Below, one piece after another: positions 1 through 12,779 of a stretch of 64,000 nt of DNA. The notes under the pieces are model-generated. The model did not search any database. It saw nothing but the letters and a program-made list of their open reading frames with translations, and was not told where the DNA came from. A program made the position numbers and the translations under genes. Origin of the DNA: Paragordius varius (taxonomy: Eukaryota > Animalia > Nematomorpha); contig OZ176054.1 in the NCBI GenBank assembly GCA_964247055.1, positions 9,858,001 through 9,922,000 of the forward strand. Direction: 5' to 3'. Numbering within the stretch: the stretch's first letter is position 1; each line of letters opens with the position of its first letter.

Positions 1-44
1 TAATAGGATGTTATTTTTTATTAAAACACAATTATTAAATGATA

Positions 45-966
45 ATTTTTCCTATTATATTCCAATGCACAATCATTAATGACTTATTTTTTATTGCTAT
101 ATTTTAACAACTGCATGAATATTTTATAATTTTTTAAAAATTTTTAAGAAAATATTTAATAATTTTTTTATTTTATCGATCGTTCGCATTAATATTGGAG
201 GCTAACTCATAAAGTCTATAGTTACGGATAAAATTTATAATAATATACCATTTTTATCTCAAATGGGTCATTTAACACTTCATATTGGATCTTAAACATA
301 AATTTCACCCTAATTTATATAATATTTATCATTTGGTCCAGGGTGGCCAAACCCGGCCATCCAGATTTTTGTACGGCATGCGAAAAATATGGCAATCCAT
401 ATGCAAAAATATGACCACAAAATCTTAGTTTCACATTTCTTACGCATTTACTCCGAATGAGTATTAAATTGGCAGGAATTAAAAAAAAGTTATATTGTCT
501 TTGTACTTTACAGTCTAAATCGAATAAATTATTTATGAATGCCCGTATATATTTTGAATTGGGAACGCCGTGCTTTTGGACTTAAAATTCGGCCCGCGAA
601 GCCATTGTGTTATAATATTCTTTTTTATAAAATATTTTTAATCAAAAACATTTTTATCTAAAAAACATGTTTGTTTAGATATTTTTTTCCGATAGTATTT
701 TTATCCACAATTCGACATGTTTAAGATCCAATTTAAGCGTTAAATGACCAATTTGAGATTAAAGTAGTATATTTTTATAAATTTTATCCGTAACAGACTT
801 TATGAGCTAGCCTCCAATATTAATGCGAACGATCGATAAAACAAAAAATTATTAAACATTTTCTTAAAAAATTTTAAAAAATTATAAAATATTCATCCAG
901 TTGTTAAAATATAGCATCAAAAAATAAGTCATTAATTGATTGTGCATTGGAATATAAATAGGAAAA
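45..966. mobile_element. Foldback-like element: long imperfect inverted arms (~45-300 and ~718-966) around a hAT-like core
   Basis: 45-300 (tccaatgcacaatcattaatgactt...gatcttaaacat) is the reverse complement of 718-966. The spacer contains cagggtggccaaacccggcc...cggcccgcgaagcc, resembling hAT MITE termini. Confidence 0.7.
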
Positions 967-979
967 TGATTTATCTTGT

Positions 980-1129
980 TTTTGAAAAATTGAAAAACCT
1001 ATAATATTTCAAAATTCTGATTGGCGGGATCAAAAATTTTTTCACATTCGGTTTTAAAACACTGAAATTAGTCATAATTTAAAAGTTTGAGTGGTGGTGC
1101 TCAAAAATGTCCAAATTTGTCGACTAGTG
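980..1129 (-). mobile_element. Terminal ~150-bp fragment of a CAC-terminated TIR element (copies at 16640 and 40186)
   Basis: The reverse complement reads cactagtcgacaaatttggacatttttgagcaccaccactc, matching 16640 and 40186 on the + strand. The terminus resembles the cactRgacaacaaatttt TIR of the element at 21726. Confidence 0.7.
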
Positions 1130-1159
1130 AATTAACTTTTAACAGCTCATGAATAATTT

Positions 1160-2460
1160 TCCAGTTTAATTTAATATCCGTTTCCCCCAGTTCGGGCCCA
1201 CCCCGTGTAAAAAACGGTTTTTTTGAAAACAGAAGTCCACAAAGGACCATTCAATTTCAAATAAGATATTTAGTTACTTAATTTCGATTGTGCAGAACAT
1301 AGTCGGCTCGCTTTTTTAATTTATGCCTTCTTTTTACCCGCTCTCCCCGTAAAATGCCACTTTCTTTAAAAAACAAAGTCCACAAAAATGTTTTTTTTAA
1401 ATCTATTTTTCGCCCAAGGTATGAGACCGTAAAAATTCAATAAGGATTCTACGTATTCCCTGTTAAAAGGCAAAAATTTTAGTCAAGCGTTTCTTTGATG
1501 ATAGCTGCTGAGTAAGGTGCTACCCGCGAAAAACTGACCCGTCATATCGAAATAGCTTGCTTTTGGGGCTATTCAGAAAACCTATCAGGCCATATGAGTT
1601 CAATAGCTGCTTAAAGTATTACCCGTAAAAAGTCAAAAATTTTAATCGAGCGGATTTTTTGAATCAGCCGTTAAATAGGCCCTTTATTCCCTAAAATATG
1701 CGCTATCATTGAATTATTTAGTTTTGAAGCCAATCTTCCATAAACTATTAGGAATGAACGATGATTCCAGGTATAAATGCAAATTTTTTTATTCAACTAC
1801 ATTTATATTTTGGCCTCTGGGTAGGGGGCTACCCGCCTACAACTGCACCATCTTATCGATACAGCATGTCTTTGGAGCCAAATTTCAGAATATGAGACTA
1901 TGTGAATCATTTTACAACCGTGCCCCATAACAAAATTGCTTATAAAATCAAAAATATATTATGCTCATTTCAAATAAAATTGTCTTACTCAATATTCAGA
2001 CAATTAAATGATCAATTGATTTCAAACATATCGTATTAATTTATTGTTTTATTATTTATTTATCTATCATATGTATAGGATGCTAAAAAATATATGGATA
2101 ATAAAACATTATTTTGGTAATCTATATATTTATAAAAATGGGAAATACTGGCTTTGTGATCTGTTTCCAAAAAACCGGTAAACTTATTCAAATCCAAATG
2201 TCGAAAAATTAGAATCATTAATGAGAGCCCCGACAATAGCTTCGCCCTTTTTTTGAATTAGGTCCCCAGTTCGGGCCCACCCCGTGTAAAAAACGGTTTT
2301 TTTAAAACCGAAGTCCACAAAAATCGTTGAGACAATTTTCCGAAGAACGTGTTATTCGATTTTAAATAAGATTTTTGTTTACTTATTTTCGATTGCGCAG
2401 AACATAGTCTCGCTTTATTAATTTAGACCCTCTTTTTACCAGCTTCCCCGTAAAATGCCA
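1160..2460 (+). repeat. Interspersed repeat family with internal partial duplication (1160-1680, 2090-2460); also at 44500-45500
   Basis: Shared blocks ccccagttcgggcccaccccgtgt, aagtccacaaa and gtatgagaccgtaaaaattcaa recur here and at 44.5-45.5 kb. No credible ORF. Confidence 0.75.
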
Positions 2461-2564
2461 CTTTTAATTGTGTTTTAATAAAAAATAACATCCTAATATT
2501 ACGCTGACAATGAAAAGTTATTTTTATATCATGTTTTGATATTTATCATCAAAAAGAAAACCGT

Positions 2565-2702
2565 TTTTATTGACTAGGAAAACGTTTTTATTTGGGAAGA
2601 TGTTTTTATTGACTGGAAAAATGTTTCAATTGACTGGGAAAACGTTTCGATTGATTGGAAAAATGTTTTGATTGACTAGGAAAACGTTTTTTTGACTGGG
2701 AA
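2565..2702 (+). repeat. Minisatellite, ~22-bp unit (ttttattgactRggaaaacg-like), about 6 units
   Basis: Visible tandem repetition of attgactaggaaaacgttttt variants. Confidence 0.8.
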
Positions 2703-2736
2703 ATAGTAGATTAATAACTAGCACAACAATACTTAC

Positions 2737-2892
2737 CTCGTTTACTGCGATGATTCATCTTGGCTTGCACACTAACCCGAAAAAATTTGTGCAATTTGTT
2801 TTGAGTTTTAGTTCCAACCAAATACATTGAGTTATTCGGATAAACTGATGTTATAACAAGCCCGGCATGTATTTTATTGATTTTTTGATATT
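2737..2892 (-). CDS. Internal 156-nt phase-1 exon, FN3-like C-terminal half: EYQKINKIHAGLVITSVYPNNSMYLVGTKTQNKLHKFFRVSVQAKMNHRSKR
   Basis: Bounded by tttag and GTAAGT; open frame. The paralog at 57488-57643 has the same length, no indels and 4 synonymous codon changes. The FN3 assignment is from pattern only. Confidence 0.75.
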
Positions 2893-2926
2893 CTAAATAT
2901 TAACAAAAATATAATGGTCCCTTAAC

Positions 2927-3049
2927 CTTTAAAAATATTTTTTAAAACGAAATAATTGTTATTAATACTTGGATCGTATATTTTTACGATATAATTTTTC
3001 GGATTTTTGTTTTTCAACTGAAATGAAATCATAGGAGCCGTTATATTTG
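2927..3049 (-). CDS. Internal 123-nt phase-1 exon: NITAPMISFQLKNKNPKNYIVKIYDPSINNNYFVLKNIFK
   Basis: Bounded by catatag and GTTAAG; a 34-nt intron (2893-2926) joins it in frame to the 2892 exon. The paralog at 57678-57800 has identical exon and intron lengths. Confidence 0.65.
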
Positions 3050-3850
3050 CTATATGTAAAATTTTAATGCATAAGAAATATATAATAAAATTTAAAATTA
3101 TTCTCTAAAATAAATGTAGCATTCATTGGTGCTTTATCTGCTAAGATGTTAGTTTTTTAAGCCCTTAAGTGCGTTAAAATTCTGAACTAATAATGTAAAT
3201 ATATTTATTAACGTTGGTTACATATTTTTTATAAGTTTTTGCTGGAATCGCTTATAACATGTTAATAGAATAGCTGATGTGATGAGTTATGAATAAAAAT
3301 TGCAGGCGTAACATAGGTAGATACCTTAACCTCTTAATACATTTTGGCTGTCTTTATTTGGGGTAATAATAAAATAACAATTAATTTTTGGATTCGTTTG
3401 AAATAATAATTTTGATATCTATTAACCATATCTAAACAAAATCGCCATTAATTAAATTTTAATCTTTAATTTTTTTTGAAATACCTCTTAATAACTCAGC
3501 CAACAAAATATATATCAAGGTAAAGGTAAGATAAAATTTTGGTACTAATTCAATGATTTTGACTTTAAGTGTGAGGAAGATTGTGTTTTTATTGATTGTA
3601 AAAGTTAATCTTTCTACTTTTATTCGTAACAAAAAAGTTCAAATTTTTTATTGAATATGTTTATCTGATAACATATAATAATCTCAAAAAACTTTATTTT
3701 AATATTTCATTTTAAAATGGTACTGAATTTGGAATATGTTGCAAAAAAGACCGTTTTTTTTATATTTTTAATATTATATATATTTATCATATATCGCCTA
3801 ATTTTGTAAATTGTGTTCTATAGCTGTTTTAAAGTATTAAAATAAAGACA

Positions 3851-3853
3851 CAT

Positions 3854-3889
<36 letters not shown>
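3851..3889. repeat. Compound (CA)n(TA)n microsatellite
   Basis: Directly visible. Confidence 0.9.
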
Positions 3890-5039
3890 GAGGAAAAATT
3901 ATAAAGTCGTGTAGATAAATAGTAATCCTCGCCAAAGCTTCAAAGTCATTTTTATCCATTTGGTAATTCTTAACCCTATCATCAGTAAAGATAAATTAAT
4001 CAAAATGATTGTTAAATTCATTTGTTTAAAAAAACTTAGTGGCCTAGTGACACAAAACATCTGAAGAAACCCATTATGCTTATATAGGAACCGCTTTTTG
4101 AATTAACCTTTCATTTAAATCCCAACCAATAGAGAGTTTCGAAAATCAAAAGTCACATAAAATGGCGTCTTAGACAACTCTCCGGAAAATCTTAAAATTT
4201 TAAATCATTTATGAATGCCCCGATAATAAACAATCCACTTATCTTAATTAGCCAGTCTATTTACCAGCTCTTAATATATATATTGTTTAAAAAGCCTTTA
4301 ACGGATTGGATATATTATTTATATGATAATTTATATGAGCACATTGACAAATTATAATAAAAATAAAATGTTAACTTAGTTAATTGCATACTCATTCAAA
4401 ATATAAATATGTACATACAAAGCAGTCAGTTATGAAATTGTTTAATCTAAACATAATTAAATTGAAATATTTATAAAATTGATGCCATGAGTGCTAAAAC
4501 TTGAGATGAAAAACTAAATGAATCACTATCAACGAATACGATCCAAATACATTTTAAACAATACTTAAAGCAAGATAATTGTATTAAAAACGCTAAAAAC
4601 AACCAAATGATGAAATAACAAAAATAATTATTCTTGCCTATGCAGAACTCAAGAAAATCACGAAATTAGAAAATATATGTTTACCAAAATCAAACATGAC
4701 ATGGTCACATCGAAAATTGGCATATCAAATTTTTCCTTTGATAAAAGTGTATGAGCGATCAGAAAGAAATTTTTAAAAACCACAAAGTAAAAAGGTGAAT
4801 CGGTTATGAGTTATGTTGAAAGGCTAAGGGTGATCGCTTCTGATTGTAATTTTGAAGCCTGGCATACTTATATAGTGACGTTTACTTAATAGAGAAGAAA
4901 TATGCTATTTGTTGAAAGAAAGTTAAATATTCGATTTTCCACGTGTCAAAAGAGAACCACAGATGATGGTAGACATATAACGATCCTTCAATTTAATTTA
5001 ACCAGGAATGTGTAAGATCCAAAAAAAAGAGTTATACAG

Positions 5040-5660
5040 CAATGAGATTGTCGACGATGGGGAAAGCGACATCCCATTCACAGATGTAAGGCAAATGTGC
5101 AACGTTGCTACAAGTGAGGTAAGTGGAATTATTTTATCAAGTACTGTCTTACCAATCAAATTGTTGGTATCGTAGCAAGCTCATATAGGGAGAATCTAAT
5201 AGATGTACAACTCAATGGCAGAGCATTAACAATGTTATTTGAGACTGGTACTGATGTGACGGTGATCCGACAGATGCTGGAAATAAACATGAAGACCAAA
5301 ATTAGTAGCAGATTGTCGACGTACAACAATGAAACAAATATTAACAATAAGAAAATCTCACAGTTAGATGTGACAATGAATTAAACAAAAAAGAGACTAG
5401 AATGTGTTACAATCAAAAGATGCCAACCTCTTAGTCTCCCTTGTGCATTTAAATTACAGTGTTATAAATTAAATAAAGAAAATACACATATTCAATGAGT
5501 ATAATAGGTTTTTCTCGCACTGCTTAGTGTTTGAAGAATATGGAGGTATCAATAAAAAACAAAGAAACCCAAGAATATACCCTGCAAAGTTCCCTTATCT
5601 CTGCAAAAGCGTGCGGAAAAGGAGTTTAATAGCTAGGAATAAGAAAAACAGAACTTTAAG
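5040..5660 (+). pseudogene. Decayed Ty3/Gypsy gag zinc-knuckle, protease and RT-start relic (copy A)
   Basis: Translates as CRRWGKRHPIHRCKANVQRCYK*GKWNY..., then IDVQLNGRALTMLFETGTDV (degenerate DTG protease), with stops and frameshifts. Paralog at 59445. Confidence 0.7.
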
Positions 5661-6580
5661 TTGGTCATCTTTAATAAGCCTATGACTATAAATCCGCATT
5701 TTGTAAATTACACCCCCATTTATAGAAACGACAAATTTTGAGGCAAGTTATGCCAACACAATGAGGCCATGTGGGTCTAATAATGTCTTCATATTCTGTA
5801 TAAATTCAAAAATTATGTCGAGCTCTTTTTTCAATTACACAGTCAATTAAAAATAAAACCTTATAAAATAGAATAATATGTATATTTAATATTATGATTG
5901 GTTGTTGACCGTCTCAGTTCATTTTTTTGTATATTCAAGTAGCTTCTTAAAGATGCGCACAACGGAAATAAATTATAATAATTAATCTTTTTAATAAAAA
6001 ATGGAAATCGAGTTATTAGTATGATATATATTTATACCTTTTACTAGAAATGCTTGGGTGATAGTTCTTATATTCTTGACATTTTGCTGCATATCTATTG
6101 TAAAAAAATATGTTTTACATGAAATATTTTTTAATAATGAATTATGCAAAAGATTGGACAATGTATTTCATACTTCTCAAGCAAAATGTCTAATACCTGA
6201 CAGATTGGGATATGACTTTTTATATGTGCATTGCAATCTTTTCTTCTGTTTGAACATAAACGCGCTAATTTCATATTTGATAGCTATATTGATATACGGG
6301 GATATCAAACCATTAGATATAAAATCAAATCCTATTATATCTTTCTTACATATAAAAGTTTAATTTCTATTTAAATTTAACATGAAAAAAAACCACAACT
6401 CATAAACATATTGCTGAAAATTTAATCCTGCATATAAATGTTGTGTATTTTAACAATAATTATAAAATTTCCTAAAATTGAAATTTGGCTAAATATTAAA
6501 AGTATTAATTGATTTAATTATGATGAAATGACATTATGACGCGTTTTCTTACCTCCCACTTATATAAGCTGGTCGTGATA

Positions 6581-6878
6581 TACCATTTATAATTCAAATC
6601 ACCCTTAAACAATTTAAATTCACTCGTGAACAATTCAAATTCACCCTTGAACAATTCAAATTCACCCTCAAATAAATTACATGTTTTTAAGATGAAAAAT
6701 TACCTATATATTTTATATAATTTTAAAAAATAATTTTTTTTTAATACTGAAAAAATAATAAACTATGCCATAAAGACATATTTCATATTAATAATGAGTT
6801 ATATTAGTTCGAAAACACATAATTTATTTTTAGGGTGAATTTGAATTGTTCGAGGGTGAATTTGAACTGTAAATGGTA
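6581..6878. mobile_element. Foldback-type MITE, TACCATTT...AAATGGTA termini, TA flanks, ~21-bp subterminal repeats
   Basis: TIR ta|taccattta...taaatggta|ta with repeats of acaattcaaattcacccttga inverted at the other end. It is absent from the paralogous site near 61345. Confidence 0.85.
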
Positions 6879-7717
6879 TATATTACATTTGATGTCAATA
6901 TTATTATAGACATAGCGAATTTCATGCTAAAATCTTTATCAGTTTTTTTTTGTTCAAGATTATAAAAGCCTATAATCGTGGTATACTAAGAATATTTTTA
7001 GAAGGACATTTATTGTTGTAACTGATGTCCACTTGATAATTACAATTTGCATAATATTTGTTAAATTATATGGTTCTTGATAAATTTTGGTACTTAATAC
7101 TGTATATTTAAAACTAAAAGAGTCCAAGCCTAAATTAATTTTCCGCTTTATGTTCTGCCTTTTTGTATAAAACACAGAAGCATAATTAGATATCTAGATT
7201 AATCCTTAAAAATTTAAAATTAATAATATTAATTCAAATTATCTGATACCACCTTAAAATTACTTTCATGTCATATTTATTAGCCCTTTATATTTATCAA
7301 TCAAAGGCTGACCTAATTTAACGCGACACTGAAATCTCAGCACACATAAATGAATAACATTTTTAAATGAATCTATATTGTTTAAAATCACTTAATTTTA
7401 TCTTTATTCAGCAGTAGCCGATAATAGAGATGAGAACAATTAAAAAAAATTAAAATTAGTTTCATATACCCCGGTAGGTATACTTTTTCATAAGGCGTGG
7501 TTTTTTTAAAAACCACTATTTTTTATTATGTTTATTGTAATGAAAAAAAAATTGGGTGCGACAATGGGCTGGAGTGTATATCATGTATTAACGTTTGCTT
7601 TCATACCTTTGTTTTATATTTTTAAAATTTCTTCGCTTTTTTATTGTAGTATCATCGGTAGCATATTGTTTTAAAAAATAATCAAAGTACACATTTTTAA
7701 ATATATTTAAATAATAC

Positions 7718-7903
7718 TTTCTTGCACGACTTCCAACGGTCTTATTTTGAGCGCCATTAAAGCATGTGAGTAGAGTTTGTTTTTAACCATATCTATCAAA
7801 GAAACGTTGGGAGTACGCCAAAATATAGCATAGGTTTTTTGATCCATAGGACCATATGTCACATGATCAACAAAGTATGGGGGTCCGTTACCAATATTCA
7901 AAC
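7718..7903 (-). CDS. Internal 186-nt phase-1 exon, FN3-like N-terminal half: GLNIGNGPPYFVDHVTYGPMDQKTYAIFWRTPNVSLIDMVKNKLYSHALMALKIRPLEVVQE
   Basis: Acceptor aaatag, donor gtatta. Against the paralog at 62179-62364 I count 6 synonymous and 2 nonsynonymous changes. The PP...T-x-x-I-x-W-x-x-P pattern resembles the FN3 N-terminus. Confidence 0.8.
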
Positions 7904-10022
7904 CTATTTCGATTAATTATGTCAATTATCTGAAAAAATGATATTAAGGTTTAATCCATTAGTTTAAGGGATATGTATGATGTTAACTTAATCAAGACCA
8001 CTCAAATTAATTTTTAGGGCTAAATGCTTAATCAATGTTTAAATTGCATTAAGCTTGAGTTGCAAATTTTTATTCGTTTAAATGAACTTGTCGTTTTAAG
8101 CATAAAAAACTGATGCTAGTTTTTGATAGATTATAACAAACTGAATATTAACTTTTTAAGAGATTTAGATCACAATTAAATTAGAGTAAAGCGTATTTTA
8201 TGGTTTGAAGCATACTTAAAGCGTTTCGCCCCCTTTAATAGAATTTAACACCTTTTTGCAATATTTTATGCCTCTAATTTCTTTCAAGTTAGATTTTTTT
8301 AATTGAAGCATTTGTTTGCCTTCAAATAAAAGTAACTTAAAATTGTGTTTCATGAATTTAAAATCATTCAGACAAGCTCCAAATATATCTTAAATAACAG
8401 TACTGTTCTGCGTAATAATTAGAATTTTTTATACTAGTTACGGTATTACGTTAAAAAATTTGTCAAAATACCATAATTTAAAAAAAATAACACTTTTTTC
8501 CAAATGTAATTGATTAAAAATCTAGCATATTTATCTTCTTATCAGCCCTCGGTGTGTAAACTTTCAAGCTAGCTCATTTTAACCCATAAAAATATATTAT
8601 TATACATAATAATGAATTCAATATAAATATATTTTTTTATAAATTTTAAAATATCAGCGAAAATCGGTTTAAGAGCATTTTCTTCTGCCAAACACTTTTA
8701 TTCAACATTTGTGATTGGGATACCATAAATATTATACTTTTAATCTACGCTCAAAAACCAAAAGCACATGAAAAAGCTCGCACTTTTATTAGTATTATCT
8801 TTTTTATAAATCGATTTTGTACACATTTTCTAAAATATATAAGCTAAAAATTAAATTTTAAATCAAATCCATATAATATCTAATTAGGCATTTTAAAAAA
8901 TCGATATTGAAAAAACTAGACCTTATATGAAATATTAGTAAAATATAATTTACCTTTGATGATAAAGTATAGGTTAAAATACATAAAGTTCATTTTTTAA
9001 AAATATGCGTAGGAAAAAAAATTATTAAATAAAAATTTAAGGTGGTATATAATTATTTTAAAATCGGTAAAAAACTTATTGTTAATTACACTTTCATACA
9101 ATAGTTATTAATATAACCCTATTGATTAATATTGCTGGTTGACTTAATGTTTACTTAGATAATTATATCTTACAAAATTTTCTGACGAAATTGGATGTCA
9201 GAACTGATAAAATAGCAAATAAGGTATAGTTTGTTTGTTTTGTAGCCTATAGAGCTCAATATTAAAATGTGTTAATATAATCATTAAAAAATTACAAATT
9301 TGGTCACGTTTCTATAAATCAAGGTTGTTTTCGACCAGCTATAGTTTATTATTTTATTTTATAAATAAATGCAAAATAAAAAATATCTTTATATCAAATT
9401 TTTCTGGAGAATCGTTCGAAACCATTATTTAATTAGGATTGTAGATAAAAAATCCAAAGACGCTCTGATTTTAATTTTTTGATAAAAGGCGCGTTCTTGG
9501 ATATTAATATTTTTCACCAAAGTTTTTAAAATTAATAAATGTATCTATATAAGTTGAAAAGTTTCTCTAAAGTTAAAACAGATTTCATGAATTTAACTTT
9601 AAAAAGTTATTTAGAGGATTGAATGTGTTAAACTTTTCAAACATGGCGTACTTTTGCCGGTAAAATGCTTGACATATTGCACTGAAAATTTTTGATTATC
9701 AATATTGAAGAATGTAGGATAATATCAAGATAGTCATAATTAAATTAAGTGATTTAGCACAACCCGTTCCAAAAATTCGATTATTGGAACTTCATTAGGT
9801 ATTTAAGTTTTTTTACATCCTAATATTATTTACATTTGAGTTCAAGTGTTTTGCTCAATGGTTAATAAAACTATACCGATAATCAACTGTTTGGTGCCTT
9901 AATGTATTAGCTTTGATTTCTTTTATATGGTGTTTCCCATCTCAAAGCCCGTCCTTCTTTTTATCTAAAATTTAGTTTCTAAACAAAGAGACCCCAATTA
10001 CACTATTTTTTTGCTATGCAAT

Positions 10023-11010
10023 CAGTGGCCTACCAAGGGAGGGGTGGGGCAAGGGGGTACATTATGGCGCGGGCGCCGTTATTTAAGGGCGCCTATTTTT
10101 ATTTTTTATACGAATTTTAAAATATGCCAAAATAATAACAACTTTCATGTAAGTATTCCTTCAAACATGTGCAATAGGGCCGTTTATTTATGTTTTTTTA
10201 ATAATTTATTTTTTGGTTTATGTAATAATTTCTAAAATAATATAAACAATATATACAAATGAGATCAAGAAATATGCCAATTTCAACATTTATGTGGGTA
10301 TTCCCTTCAAATATGAAAATATTTATTTTTTGTTTAGAAACATTTCTTTCGATTATATTTTAAATTCTTTTGCTGCCTTATATTAAATTAATTTAACTTT
10401 TGTGTCTGTTTAAACGTAACCTTATGTATTATTCTATTTTTATTTTAATTATAGATAATTTCTAATAAAAACCTAAATTTATTTATTTAAACCAAGATCA
10501 TCATCTCTAACATGTAAGTTTTTATTATTAATATAGCATTGTATTTCTTATGATTACTCTCATTGTCATCAGATATCAATGCCTAAATCAGCGGTTAAAA
10601 TAGGAGACTAAAAATCGATGAAGTGAATAAAACAACTAAAATGAGAATACTATAAAAATTATTGAAAAAATTTTCGACAAAAACAAAACAGTACTCTTTA
10701 ATAATAATCATTTAAATACACCTGAAACCCTAATTATTGATCCAATAAATATGGATGAGAAAACTACAAGTACACCCTCCGTAATTCCAAGCGCTATACC
10801 TATAGAGTTTAGGGAAATCCCCCTTTTAAATTTTATTAATAATAATATTCCCATAATATAAATTCAACTTTGTACAGAAATGATTATTCAGGATCTTAAG
10901 GATTTCGAAATAAGATTGATTGAAACAAAAAATTATCGTTCAATGCCCCAATCTTGTTTTATCGACCGGTAAAAAGATTTGAAGTTGGAATGTCTCTTTT
11001 TTACATCAAC
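10023..11010 (+). mobile_element. Truncated hAT-like non-autonomous element (paralog of 33227-34744)
   Basis: Starts cagtggcctaccaaggg and is collinear with 33227-34135. I found no right end or TSD. Confidence 0.65.
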
Positions 11011-12319
11011 CAAACAACAGATTTGCGCATAGCCAATTTTTTGCTTTATGGGCTATCTGGCAATAGTTGATGAAATCTAAACGTATATTTTTCATATTGT
11101 ATCTTAGATTATTTTCAGGATAAAACTCCTATATTCTCTATATTACTTTTGACACCCGACTTATTGATTATGATTTGAATTGGAAAACTGTATATAATTA
11201 TATTTATTTACTCAAATTAGATTTTAGGATAATACAAATTAGTTACCAAATATTTTTCTAACACTATCAATAGTGTTGGTAAAGAAATGACTGTTATACA
11301 TGATATTTAGTTTATTTAAAAACGATCTTTAATTTGATTATATGGTTTTGTTGTGTTTCGATTGGGGCTAAACCTAGATGCACATATACACAAACCGCTT
11401 TCATCTATGCCTATATCGAAATTGTCCATCGCCTTTTTCATTTGTTAAAATAATAAGCACTGAAGCGTAATAGAACCTCTAAAATTATCTGCTTAGGCTT
11501 TTATAAAAATCAAACTGTAGAACGTCCCAGAAAAATTACATCAATATCATTTTTATCTCAAAACTAAAGGCAGAACATTATTGAGAGCCTGGCTGTTATA
11601 TCAGTAAAAATAAATGAATTAATATTTAATTTAACAATGCGTTGTATAAAATCTTAGTTAGGTATATTTTTGCCTAATTTGAAATAAGTAGCTGGCGCAT
11701 AGCGCTTGGGCAATCTACCATTATAACTTTAGTTTGCTGTTTTCAGATTAATTTTTTTTGCCATTAGGACTAATTTTTATGTAGATAATTTTTTTTATTT
11801 TTAGTAGGAAAAATATTTTTGCGTACAGCGGGTTGGGAGGGCCGCATTTATATTATGGAACCTGGGATTTTTCCGCCATTGTTACATTACGGGTTTCATC
11901 TAACATATTCGCCCTAGATACCTACACAAGGCTATTATAATTTAGATAAATAATTTGTGTCTAATATATGAAATGTAATTTATATGACTTAAAATTGCAC
12001 TAAAAATACCGGGCGTTGCTGTAACCTCGACAAGATACAAATTGATTAAATATTGACATATCAAACCTTTGTTATCATACTCGTAGAGCAGTATATTTTA
12101 CAAATTTCAACGTCCTTGATCCAATTTTTATTTTACTAATAATATTATCGGTACTATATAATTTTTAATAATAAAATTATAATTCACTTGGGTACAATGT
12201 TTAATATTATTAAAATAAAGAGTTAATACTTTCTCGTTGGACTTCTCGCGGTCGTATTTGATTACTATTAAATGAATAGAGTTTTATTTTGATAATATCG
12301 ATTCAAAAACATATGATAT

Positions 12320-12400
12320 AGCATAAGATTCAAACCTATAGGATCATATGTAAGATGGTCAAAAGTATGGGGGTCCGTTAATAATATGAAAACCAAAATT
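12320..12400 (-). pseudogene. Decayed third copy of the GPPYFVDHVTYGP exon
   Basis: Minus strand aacggacccccatacttttgaccatcttacatatgatcctat aligns with the 7718-7903 exon with a 2-nt and a 1-nt deletion. Confidence 0.7.
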
Positions 12401-12779
12401 GTTACATATTCGGTTCTATTATTATACGTATATGATATAAAATTTCCCAATAAATTTTGCATTTGTTATAATGTCATAAGTTCATGGCATTTTTAGTCGT
12501 GAAGTATTTAATGTTTACTCGAAAAATAATTAATATACTAAATATTTTTTGAATTTTTTAGTATATATTATAAGTTATATTTAGAAAGTTTTATCATGTT
12601 CCTCATAATTTGTGTGTTATAAAATTTTCGCATTAAAACCTGTTAAAATGGGTTTATTCATAAAGATCATAAAGGCGAGGAGTATGGTTAAGGTGACCAA
12701 ATTTTTTGAAGGAAAAAGCGGGACAAATCCGGGTCATTGGGGGGTACAACCAAAAATTTTTATACAAAAAATTTATTGT

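Larger units (their letters stand above)
2734..9411 (+). repeat. Segmental duplication copy A (~6.7 kb); paralog at 57485-63852
   Basis: Collinear similarity from tacctcgtttactgcgatgat to atgcaaaataaaaaatatcttt...ggagaat, roughly 80% identical by eye and higher in exons. Confidence 0.9.

Noticed and set aside
3250-3320. Possible signal-peptide exon (MLRLQF..LITSAILLT) on the minus strand
   Set aside because: It requires assuming different frameshifts in both paralogs; too speculative.
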